DNA of 64,000 bases from a virus (taxonomy: Duplodnaviria; Caudoviricetes): the IMG/VR virus record IMGVR_UViG_3300012157_000001, positions 96,001 to 160,000 of that record. One strand, written 5' to 3'. Positions 46,010-54,435 of the stretch are shown piece after piece; within the stretch, counting starts at the first letter, position 1, and the number at the start of each line of letters is the position of its first letter. The notes beneath the pieces are model-generated. The model worked only from the letters and a program-made list of their open reading frames with translations, did no database searches and was not told the origin of the DNA. The translations under genes and the position numbers were made by a program.

Positions 46010-48667
46010 CTAACCGACGTCCGGAGTTGCCCAGTCGAACAGCGCCGGATCCAACTCAACCTCCGGGTTCGCCTGCATGCTCTCCGTCAGCTGTGCGAAC
46101 ATGTCACGCACCACGACATCCTGCGCCTCGTCCTCGTCCAGATCGGTACCGTCGATGACCTCCGCAGCAGTTGCAGTTTTTTCAGCTAGCAACGCGGCGA
46201 GCTTGTCATCGATCGTGTTCGCGCCGTCGTAGTACGTGATCACGCATTGGTTCTTCTGGCCGTAGCGGTGAATCCGGTCCTCGGCTTGCACCAGATCGAA
46301 TGGGCGCCACACGCGCTCGAAGATGAACATGTCCTGCGCTCGCGTCAGCGTCAGCCCGACCCCTGCTGCTGTGATCGAGCACACGAGCGCGTCGAGATAC
46401 TTCCGCTTCTCCGGCGGTCGGTTGAGGGGCAATCCGCTCTGGAATTCATCGATCGCTTTTTCGCGCGCGCGGCCCGTCACCTTGCCGGTGATCATGCCGA
46501 TGCGGAAACCGAGGTGCTCTAGCCCGGCTTCGATTGCGCTCAGCGCTTCGTCGTGATGCCCCATGATGATCAGCGGCCTGCCAGTGTCACGCAGGAACGC
46601 CGCCGACTCCGCGAGCACCGTATCGACCTTGCCGATTCCGGTGATCCGCCGCAGCGCCGTCAGCCGCGCAATGACCTCGGCTCTTGCGGCACGCATTGCT
46701 GCCGCTGGTCCGCCACGCCGACGTACCCATGCCAAAAACTCTGCCGCTGCTTGCCGATATTCGGTGGCGGCTTCCTCGGAGAGACCAATGGATCGGTACT
46801 CGCGAACCTTCTCGGGCAGGTTCAGAACTTCCTTGGTCCGTCGGAAGAGGTAATGCCCGCTCGTGCGCTCGCGAAGCTCACCGAGGTTCGCGTGGCCATG
46901 CACGTTCAACATTGTTTTGCCGCCGGGGATGTGCACCTCCTGCGGATCGCAGTAGCGCCACCAGTACTCTTCCTGATTTGCCCAATCCTTCGGGGCCACC
47001 ATGTTGAGAAGCGGGAATAGCTCGTACGGGCGCCCGTTGATCATCGGCGTGCCGGTCAAAAAGAACCGCCGCGGGATGATTTGCGAGAGCCGGTAGAGCG
47101 CCGCTGCTCGCTTCGGATCTTTCCCGGGATAGTGGCCGCCTTTTTCGTTCTCATAGACGCGGAGCTCCTTCACTGCCTGCGCCTCGTCCACGATGAGCGT
47201 GGCAAACCGACGGCGCTTCAGCTTGTCGAGCACCTCCGCATCCGACGCGGCCTCGTATCCGATGATGACACAGCTCGCCTTCAGCGCCTCGTCGGTTAGC
47301 TCGGCCGCCTTTTCTATTTTCGCGACGACCAGGTCGGGGCGCCACTTCATCGCTTCGCGCCGCCAGTTCTCACGGAGAGACGCGGGCACGACCACCAGCA
47401 CGGGCGCATCCATCGCCGCGAGCGCGGTCGGCGTCTTGCCGGTGCCCTGCTCCATGGCGAGGACGCCGCTGCCCTTGTCGTTGAGCCAGAGGACTCCTTC
47501 TCGCTGCCACGGCTGCAGACCCTCTGGAATGTCGCGTTTCGCCGCGGCCGGCGCCACACGCTCGCCTGTCGCCTCCTCGATTGCCTCTTTCTCCGCCTCG
47601 GTCGGTAGCTTCAGCTTCACCTCTTTGAGGCCGCAGAACCCGGCGTTGTACTTCTTGAAGAAGAGATAACCGAAACGCTCCATGCTGAGCTCGGCATCTT
47701 GGAGCGTCATCAAGCCGATCCACTGGCCCTTTGCGTTCGTTCCCGTGCGCGCGACGACCATGCGGCGACCGTCGTGGAGCTCAATCCGGTCACCTTCCTT
47801 GACCTGAATGGCCGCCGCGGGCGCTGGTTCGTCCACGGTGGTGGGCGCGCCCGCCGCCTGTCCCTCTGGCGCGGGGACGGGGAGCGCCGTGTGCGGCACC
47901 ATGAACGTCTCGCCGCTCGGCATAACGCCCAGGGTGCCGGCCAGCGTGTCCACGAGCGAATTCAAGACGAGCAGCCACTGCCGCTCCGTCGCTGGGAATA
48001 CGTCGTGCCACTTGCCGCGCCCGTCCTTGTACGTGATCACGCCCGCGGCCTTCATCGCGTTCTTCGTCTGCCGCCACGTGTCGCCCTGAATGAACGGCAG
48101 CATGACCTCCCAACCCGCCTGACCCGTGCGCGACGGCTCGCCCTCCCGCACGACGATGCCCTTGGGCTTCCCGTGCTCGATCGCGTTGCCCTCTTCGTCG
48201 TACTTCCACCCCTCGATGAACACGCGCTGCAGCGCATGCGCAGTACCGGCATAGCCGAGCGCGGTCGCGAGCTCCATCGCGCTGCCGATGTAGTGGCTAG
48301 CGTCGGACTGCTGGCGCTCCCAGGCGCTGCCGGCGGCATGTATCGCTGCGCTCACCGCAGCGCGCGAATCCATCATACCGCCCTTCGCCTCAATCGATTC
48401 GCGCATCGGCTGCGGCGCCGTCTCGATTGCGGCCTCGTACGCCGCCCGATCGGGACTCGCCGTCTCCGCAAACATCTTGTGCTTCTCGGCGCAGTACGGG
48501 CCGACGCCTCGCTCGATGCTCGCCGGGTCGCGAAGCGGGCGGCCGCAGATGAGGCACGACTTCGCGAGCATGAGCGTGCCTGCTTCGTGCTCGTAACCGT
48601 TCCATGCGTAGTGAGTCGGCCCTTCGTCCTCGGGCTCGTAGTCGTACGGCTGCATGACCTGGGCCAT
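46010..48667 (-). CDS. SNF2-family (SMARCAL1/HARP-like) helicase with N-terminal DUF6011-like Zn finger
   Basis: CLICGRPLRDPASIERGVGPYC; LQPWQREGV, AMEQGTGKT, VVVPASL..NW..E, IVDEAQ, LTGTP, GVGLTLT, QAEDRIHRYGQ. Confidence 0.9.
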   Translation of the reverse strand: MAQVMQPYDYEPEDEGPTHYAWNGYEHEAGTLMLAKSCLICGRPLRDPASIERGVGPYCAEKHKMFAETASPDRAAYEAAIETAPQPMRESIEAKGGMMDSRAAVSAAIHAAGSAWERQQSDASHYIGSAMELATALGYAGTAHALQRVFIEGWKYDEEGNAIEHGKPKGIVVREGEPSRTGQAGWEVMLPFIQGDTWRQTKNAMKAAGVITYKDGRGKWHDVFPATERQWLLVLNSLVDTLAGTLGVMPSGETFMVPHTALPVPAPEGQAAGAPTTVDEPAPAAAIQVKEGDRIELHDGRRMVVARTGTNAKGQWIGLMTLQDAELSMERFGYLFFKKYNAGFCGLKEVKLKLPTEAEKEAIEEATGERVAPAAAKRDIPEGLQPWQREGVLWLNDKGSGVLAMEQGTGKTPTALAAMDAPVLVVVPASLRENWRREAMKWRPDLVVAKIEKAAELTDEALKASCVIIGYEAASDAEVLDKLKRRRFATLIVDEAQAVKELRVYENEKGGHYPGKDPKRAAALYRLSQIIPRRFFLTGTPMINGRPYELFPLLNMVAPKDWANQEEYWWRYCDPQEVHIPGGKTMLNVHGHANLGELRERTSGHYLFRRTKEVLNLPEKVREYRSIGLSEEAATEYRQAAAEFLAWVRRRGGPAAAMRAARAEVIARLTALRRITGIGKVDTVLAESAAFLRDTGRPLIIMGHHDEALSAIEAGLEHLGFRIGMITGKVTGRAREKAIDEFQSGLPLNRPPEKRKYLDALVCSITAAGVGLTLTRAQDMFIFERVWRPFDLVQAEDRIHRYGQKNQCVITYYDGANTIDDKLAALLAEKTATAAEVIDGTDLDEDEAQDVVVRDMFAQLTESMQANPEVELDPALFDWATPDVG

Positions 48668-48678
48668 CCCTCCCGGAT

Positions 48679-48861
48679 CTATCCGGTGCTGTCAGTGCTG
48701 TCAAGACGGGCGCGCTGCCGCAGGCACCAGCGGGCGAGCTCGACGTTGTGGAACTCGACCGCCTCGTGTTGCATTCGGATGAGCTCCCGCAGGTATTCAC
48801 GCCGAAAAACCGGGTCGGTCAGTTGTTCTTCGACCCATGGTTCGCGGCGAGTGGTGGACAC
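48679..48861 (-). CDS. small hypothetical protein downstream of the array
   Basis: EQLTDPVFRREY resembles N-termini of HigA-like proteins; weak. Confidence 0.35.
   Translation of the reverse strand: MSTTRREPWVEEQLTDPVFRREYLRELIRMQHEAVEFHNVELARWCLRQRARLDSTDSTG
48686..48704 (-). promoter_or_regulatory. -35 box with tandem GACAGCAC operator-like motif upstream of the helicase (copy A)
   Basis: TTGACAGCACTGACAGCAC, followed by GATAGAT and RBS GGGAGG. Confidence 0.55.
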
Positions 48862-48936
48862 AACACGCCGAGCGTACAGTGCGGCTGGACGCGCGCGCCA
48901 GTTTTACGTGCCGCGCGCGCATTCGATGCACATATC

Positions 48937-50352
48937 GTCGGATATTGTTTGCCTCTCCGTGGGCGCTTCTCAAGGGGGATCCTCGGAGGCATACGGGCCC
49001 CTCCGCGGGCGCTTTTGACAGCAGTGAAGTCGCCGGGCTCAAAAGGGAGAGGCCCGCCGGAGACACGACGCCTCTCCGTGGGCACTGAGCTCCCTCATCT
49101 TTCTCGGAGCAACGATGCCACTCCGCGGGCGCTCGGGGGCAATTTGTCCATGGTCGGAGTCACAACGCCACTCCGCGGGCACCGAAGGAAACAGAGCGGC
49201 CCGGAGGTACGACGCCTCTCCGTGGGCTTCCGCTGGCCAGTCGGGTGTCGTCGGAGGCACTACGCCGCTCCGCGGGCGCTGATGACGAAGCACTACATCA
49301 CCTCGGAGAGACCTCGCCGCTCCGCCGGCTCTGATCGCGCCCCCATCGGGGAACGTCGCAATGTGGCGCATATGCCCGGAGACACGACGCCTCTCCGCGG
49401 GCGCTGATGGCCCCCAACCGGAGATCCTGAATGAACCCCGCCAACGCCTCGGAGACACGACGCCTCTCCGCGGGCGCTGACGGCTTTCCGAAGACAGGCG
49501 GCTCGTGCGCATGTTGCGGCCCGGAGACACAACGCCCCTCCGCGGGCTCTGACGGGAGCATCCTGCTGGTGAGCGGCGCGCCATCGGGGTGCTCTCGGAG
49601 ACACGACGCCCCTCCGCGGGCTCTGCTGGATCGAATGCGGCGTCTGATGGAGCTCGCATCCTCGTCTCGGAGAGAACGACGCCCCTCCGCGGGCTCTGAC
49701 GGACGTAGTACGGCACGCCGTACACGCTGCTGGAGAAGCCTCGGAGACACGACGCCCCTCCGCGGGCGCTGATGGTCGTTGCGGCGCCGTAGGCCATTGT
49801 GAAGAGCTGGTCTCGGAGACACGACGCCCCTCCGCGGGCTCTGGCGGTCACGAACACGGAACGCTCCTCGACCTCGACGACTCGGAGAAACCACGCCGCT
49901 CCGCCGGCTCTGATCGCCGGGCACGCGCAGAGCGATGTACTCGATTGCCTGGACCTCGGAGAAACCACGCCGCTCCGCCGGCTCTGATCGTTGCTTCCGC
50001 CGTGGCTTTCGACACTTGGGTCGGCTCGGAGACACGACGCCCCTCCGCGGGCGCTGATGGATGCACCGCCGGAAGTTGGATGCGCGGTCACCCTTTGCTC
50101 GGAGACACGACGCCCCTCCGCGGGCTCTGATTGGGCGTAGATCGAGTTCGCCAAGCCCATCAGGGTGACGTCGGAGACACGACGCCCCTCCGCGGGCTCT
50201 GATTGGCGGTCAATGCCGAAGACGGTTCGGTCTGGGCGTGGGTCGGAGACACGACGCCCCTCCGCGGGCTCTGATTGGGAGCTCATCCAATTGTCGACAC
50301 GACCGTCAGGACCGGGTCGGAGACACGACGCCCCTCCGCGGGCTCTGATTGG
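48937..50352 (-). CRISPR. CRISPR array, 22 repeats (36-37 nt). Leader-proximal consensus CCAATCAGAGCCCGCGGAGGGGCGTCGTGTCTCCGAC. 14 spacers of 33-38 nt, then a degenerate tail with mostly 9-16 nt spacers
   Basis: repeat starts (+ coordinates) 50316, 50242, 50170, 50098, 50025, 49955, 49881, 49812, 49740, 49666, 49594, 49520, 49448, 49375, 49302, 49250, 49200, 49153, 49103, 49056, 48982, 48937; CGGAG/CTCCG stem; the identical copies are nearest the cas gene. Confidence 0.95.
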
Positions 50353-50423
50353 GGGCGCCGTAGCGACCCCTTTCGATTCGGGTGCTTGCATTGCATTTTG
50401 CGAGCGGTCCCATGGGCCGCTAC

Positions 50424-52433
50424 TTACTCCGCGGCTGAGACCGTTGGGCCTTCGTCCGTGTTCGCGTTCGTTTCGACGTCGTTTGCGGCATCGCGAGCGG
50501 CTGCCGCCTTTTTCGCGGCACCGGACTGGTCGCGCTCTTTGTAGCGGTCCGGACCGAACGCTGCCTTCAGCGCTGCCTTGAGCTCATGCACGCAGGCGAG
50601 CTGCCGATTGTGTCGTGCCGCCTGGTGGAGCTCGTTCGGCTTGTCCTCGGCCTTGTCCCGAAGCGCGATCTGATCGAGGTCTACCGCGCCGCTCACCTCG
50701 CAGATCTCGAACTGCGTACAAAGCTTCGCCGCGGTCACTCGATAGAAGTCGCGGCGGCGCCCCATTGCGTGGTTGCGCGCACCCGCTGCCATCGCTTCGA
50801 GGTGCTCGTCTTTCCGGCGCCACATCGCGAGCCAGAAGGTGAAAATCGTGTCCGGCGTGGTGAGCCCAAGGATCGCGGCGTACTTGCCGATGTCCGGCTC
50901 GAAGAGATCTTCGTGCGCCGCACGTCGCAGGTCGCGCCAGCGCTTCCACATGGCGTACTCCTCTTCACGCTTGTCGAGTACTTCGAGCATCACAGCCGAG
51001 ACGCGCTTGAGCTTCCAGTGCGCGCGCCACTGCGACAGACCGTGCGCCGCCTCGAACACGCGAGTCGGCTGCGACGCGATCCGCTTGGCGACCTCGGCAC
51101 GCGCGCTGTCGAAGAGGGTGTCGGCGACGCTGCGGAGCCTCTCCGCGAACCGCAGCGATTCGACTACTCCCGCCCGGCGGCCACGCTCGTGCGCGCCGCC
51201 AGGAAGCCGGAGCGGCTCGCCGTTGACGTGCGCGACGATCAGCGTCTTGTTCTCGTTGTCCTGCGTCCAGCAGAGGCGCACGTTCACCGTTCCCGTTCCG
51301 GGCGCGCGCTGAATGAGCGGCTCCGTCGGATCGAGGGTGAACTGCAAGCTGTACTCCCAGCGACCCGGCGACTCCTCGCTCGGAACGAGGTACGCCCACC
51401 GCACCTTGGTATCCGGCGGGATCGGCCGGTGGAGCACGACGTCCATGGTCACCCACCAGTTGCCAGCGGGGCCGTCGTACTTCGGCCGGTAGTAGTCCGG
51501 TGCCGCCGCCAATGCCTCGCGCGTCTCGGCGCGCACGCGCATGTGCACGGTCGCGCGCTGCTTGACGCGGCCGCCGTTCGCGCCGCCTTGGTTGCGCACG
51601 TCCGTGATCCGGAGCTCGTTGTTCTTGCCGGCGAGCAGATCGCCCCACGTGGCGTCGTTGATCTCCCAGCCGATCCGGCGGAGCCGCCTGCGGCTATACG
51701 TCGGTCGCCGCTTCGGACGACGGGGCTCGCCGTCGGGCCGCGGCTTCGGGCGCTTGCATGCCGCCGGCAGGTCTACACGCTGAATTGAGTGGTACGTGCC
51801 AACGGAGAGCAGCCTTGCCTCTTTGATCCAACCACGCAGCGCATCGGCTTGCGTCTCCAGCTGCGCGAGCCGACGCCACGCCTCAGGCCATTGCGCCTCT
51901 GCGAGCATTTCGTCACGCGCCTGAATGTCCGACCGCCGCTTTGCGTGGCGGTCTCCATCATTCGAGCCCCACGCCGAGCGGAGTCGCGCCGACCGCGCCG
52001 TGAACTCTTGCTGCGCCGGCTCCACGACCGCGGCGAACTGGCCACGCATCGGCTTCGCTAGCTCCGCGGCCGCTTTGCGCCAGGCCTTCAGCTCCGTGAT
52101 CAGGTCGACCTCGTCCGATACGTCCACGGCTTTCTTCACCGGCTTCACCGGCCGTCCTGTCGCCGCCGTCGCCTTGCGTCGCTTCTCGCGGATGCCTCCG
52201 CGCTTGCCGCCCTTGCCCGCGTGCTCGCCGATCCACTCGTCGAGCTGCTGGTACGCTTCGTCGATCTCGCCGAGCCCCGGCACGGTCTCCGACCGGATCG
52301 CGGCGAACTGTGAGCGGCGCCACCGCTCGATGGTCACGAGCGACTGATAGTACTGCGCTGCCGCGCGCATCTCCGCAAGCGCGAGCGACTCACCGGTCAG
52401 GAACTTTCGAACACCGAACTTGGCAACGAGCAT
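50424..52433 (-). CDS. cas12m: Cas12m-like (type V-M / V-U1, TnpB-derived) effector, predicted nuclease-dead and lacking the C-terminal Zn finger/RuvC-III
   Basis: 669 aa from ATG 52433 (RBS AAGGAG). Motifs match my recollection of Cas12m: YYQSLVTIER, WVTMDVVLHRPIP..TKVRWAYL, GTVNVRLCW (RuvC-I position), QWRA, W...D.HL.....GAR..A.GRRRDFYR..AAKL, R..A...EL...L. Lies 71 nt from the array. Confidence 0.8.
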   Translation of the reverse strand: MLVAKFGVRKFLTGESLALAEMRAAAQYYQSLVTIERWRRSQFAAIRSETVPGLGEIDEAYQQLDEWIGEHAGKGGKRGGIREKRRKATAATGRPVKPVKKAVDVSDEVDLITELKAWRKAAAELAKPMRGQFAAVVEPAQQEFTARSARLRSAWGSNDGDRHAKRRSDIQARDEMLAEAQWPEAWRRLAQLETQADALRGWIKEARLLSVGTYHSIQRVDLPAACKRPKPRPDGEPRRPKRRPTYSRRRLRRIGWEINDATWGDLLAGKNNELRITDVRNQGGANGGRVKQRATVHMRVRAETREALAAAPDYYRPKYDGPAGNWWVTMDVVLHRPIPPDTKVRWAYLVPSEESPGRWEYSLQFTLDPTEPLIQRAPGTGTVNVRLCWTQDNENKTLIVAHVNGEPLRLPGGAHERGRRAGVVESLRFAERLRSVADTLFDSARAEVAKRIASQPTRVFEAAHGLSQWRAHWKLKRVSAVMLEVLDKREEEYAMWKRWRDLRRAAHEDLFEPDIGKYAAILGLTTPDTIFTFWLAMWRRKDEHLEAMAAGARNHAMGRRRDFYRVTAAKLCTQFEICEVSGAVDLDQIALRDKAEDKPNELHQAARHNRQLACVHELKAALKAAFGPDRYKERDQSGAAKKAAAARDAANDVETNANTDEGPTVSAAE

Positions 52434-52505
52434 GGGACTGGTCTCCTTTGTCTTTGGTTCAAGCAGTCGAGGCGAGCGCTTCGCCCCGCGCTGCCATTGA
52501 CCCAC

Positions 52506-52524
52506 GTGCTGCCAGTGCTGTCAA
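52506..52524 (-). promoter_or_regulatory. -35 box with tandem operator-like motif upstream of the cas12m-like gene (copy B)
   Basis: TTGACAGCACTGGCAGCAC, 18/19 identical to copy A; GTCAAT 17 nt after TTGACA. Confidence 0.55.
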
Positions 52525-52727
52525 GCCGAAGACTCTGGACTCTCGATCTGCGAGGAAAAGCCAGCAAGAAACAGTACCACGCGCTCCCGCTCCGCCTCCG
52601 CTCGCGAAGGCACCCAGTACCGCACAAGTCGCGCGCGGGCCGGCAGCCACGGTCTGCCCACCGCCTTGCGCAAGCGCTCCAGCTCGTCGTCGCTTTCGAC
52701 GCGCACCACGATGTACAAGAAGCTCAC
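52521..52727 (-). CDS. hypothetical protein
   Basis: GTGA coupling (VSFLYIVVRVESDDELERL). Confidence 0.45.
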   Translation of the reverse strand: MSFLYIVVRVESDDELERLRKAVGRPWLPARARLVRYWVPSRAEAERERVVLFLAGFSSQIESPESSA

Positions 52728-53035
52728 GGGAGGATCCGTATCGGATGCCGCAGCACGGCCAGCGCCCGGCTCTCGTCCGGCGTTGCTGTACAGGCTGAGC
52801 AGAGCCAAAAGCACATCGGCGCTCTCGCGTCGTCCTGTAGCAGCTCGCATTTTAGCACCACCCAGCCAGCCGGCATGCCGTCGAGCAGCCGGACCGGGGC
52901 GCTCGTTTTGCCAAAACTCACCTGCCGCGCCGCTTGACATGCAGCGCACCGGTACACGTATCGCAGCTCGTGCCCGGCTATGTACTCGCCGCGCCGGCCT
53001 CTTGCGGTCACGCGCGCGTTACTGAGCTTCGCCAT
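52724..53035 (-). CDS. Zn-ribbon protein
   Basis: YRCAAC...MPAGW...LCSAC. Confidence 0.5.
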   Translation of the reverse strand: MAKLSNARVTARGRRGEYIAGHELRYVYRCAACQAARQVSFGKTSAPVRLLDGMPAGWVVLKCELLQDDARAPMCFWLCSACTATPDESRALAVLRHPIRILP

Positions 53036-53363
53036 GCGCCTTCCCGCGGCGCTTCTTCCCGGTGCCAAGTGCCTCCTCGATCAGAAGCTTGCATCGCTGG
53101 CACGCCGCGATCACTGTGGCGTCCTTCAGCGTGACTGCCTTGAGCTCGATGATGACCGGCTTGTCCACCGCGTAGTGCTCCGGGTATTCGAGCGCGATCG
53201 TGTCCGACGCAGCGAGCTGCCAGAAGCTCGGGTAGTCGATCTTCCGCACGATCGTGCACGCATGCGGCGCCCGGCACCGCCGCGGCGCCACGTCGGCAGT
53301 CCACCCGTGCGTGTGGCCACACTGCCCCGTGCACTGACACATACCGCCCGAACCTTGCCCCAT
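53019..53363 (-). CDS. Cys-rich protein (HNH-like remnant possible)
   Basis: CQCTGQCGH.H...RC...AACQRC. Confidence 0.5.
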   Translation of the reverse strand: MGQGSGGMCQCTGQCGHTHGWTADVAPRRCRAPHACTIVRKIDYPSFWQLAASDTIALEYPEHYAVDKPVIIELKAVTLKDATVIAACQRCKLLIEEALGTGKKRRGKAHGEAQ

Positions 53364-53599
53364 CAGTGCAGCCTTTGCGGTTCCTGCTCCGACTCACGCG
53401 GATCCGACAAGATGATCCCTCGCTGGCGGGCGGCCACTATCAACAACTGAATGCTCGCCTCCTGCGAGCCGATGATCTGCACGGCGCGAGCGAGCTTTCG
53501 CCGACCCGCGCGCCGCGAGAGGTACAGGTACACCGCTACGCCGAAGAACAGCGTGCCGTCGATCCGATGCCAGACTTCGAGCGCGCCCGTCCAGCTCAT
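53363..53599 (-). CDS. small membrane protein
   Basis: TM plus basic segment; coupled. Confidence 0.5.
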   Translation of the reverse strand: MSWTGALEVWHRIDGTLFFGVAVYLYLSRRAGRRKLARAVQIIGSQEASIQLLIVAARQRGIILSDPRESEQEPQRLH

Positions 53600-54435
53600 A
53601 CGCCGTCGAGCCCCAGCGCTCTCCGGAGCGCGTCCAGCTTTTCGTTCGCCCGACTCGCATCACACGTGCACTCGTTCGAGTCCCCCGAGTGGGCCTTCCG
53701 GCACCACCGATAGTGCGCCACACTCACGTCGCGCAGAGCCTCAGCCGCACGCGCGATAGCGAGCAGCGTCGGCGCCGCGTTACGAAGGCGCCAGTACAAT
53801 GCCTGCTCCGCGTGCGAGACGAACGCAGCGATCGGTGTGCCGCCGGGAACCGGTTGGCCCTTCGGCTGCACCGGCCACACGATTTCCTGGTCCGAGATGC
53901 CCGTGTAGTCCGCCCAGCCCGCGGGCCATCCGTGGCCGGCGAGCTGCTCAACTTCGAGTGGACCGGCGAGTTCTAGGTCACGCGCCAAGCCGGCGACGTC
54001 GAGCGACGCCTGCAGGCCCGGCCACAGTGGACCCATGGGCAGCGCGTCCGTGTTCGGCCCCGCCGGAACGTGAAACGCTTCCATCCCTGACGTCGACGGC
54101 GCCGGTTCAGTCGGGGCATTCGGCACCCCCTCGAAGGTCGAGGGTGCGGCAAGGCCCGCCATGAGCTCCGGTGGCATGGACTCCAACAGGATCCGTCCCT
54201 GTGCCATTTCTAGGGACGTCAGCGACTCGACCAGTGCAGCCACCCGGCCAGCCAGCGCCGCGGCCGGCGCAGGCAACGCTTTACGAATCGCGGTGGCGGC
54301 GCGTACCACCTGGTCCTGTGCCGTCGCGAGCTTTTCATACATCGTCGCGCGCGACTCCGCGCGCTCCAGCCGCTCGCGCAGCTCCGCCTCGTACGGCGTG
54401 CGCGGCGGCACCTCATCGCGACTGACCAGCGTCAC
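53596..54435 (-). CDS. hypothetical protein
   Basis: GTGA/ATGA coupling; RLRNAAPTLLA motif. Confidence 0.55.
   Translation of the reverse strand: MTLVSRDEVPPRTPYEAELRERLERAESRATMYEKLATAQDQVVRAATAIRKALPAPAAALAGRVAALVESLTSLEMAQGRILLESMPPELMAGLAAPSTFEGVPNAPTEPAPSTSGMEAFHVPAGPNTDALPMGPLWPGLQASLDVAGLARDLELAGPLEVEQLAGHGWPAGWADYTGISDQEIVWPVQPKGQPVPGGTPIAAFVSHAEQALYWRLRNAAPTLLAIARAAEALRDVSVAHYRWCRKAHSGDSNECTCDASRANEKLDALRRALGLDGV

Noticed and set aside
49015-49026. TTGACAGCAGTG in the array tail resembling the promoter motif (possible autoregulatory guide)
   Set aside because: It lies about 30 nt from the repeat 3' end, outside any plausible guide, and is a single half-site
49039-50391. 450-aa, 245-aa and other ORFs across the array
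   Set aside because: They are translations of CRISPR repeats and spacers (recurring SEPAEGRRVS / ARGGASCLR)
50353-50423. Possible tracrRNA or anti-repeat between cas and array
   Set aside because: Only a short hairpin (GCGGCCC-AT-GGGACCGC) is present, with no extended complementarity to the repeat; treated as leader
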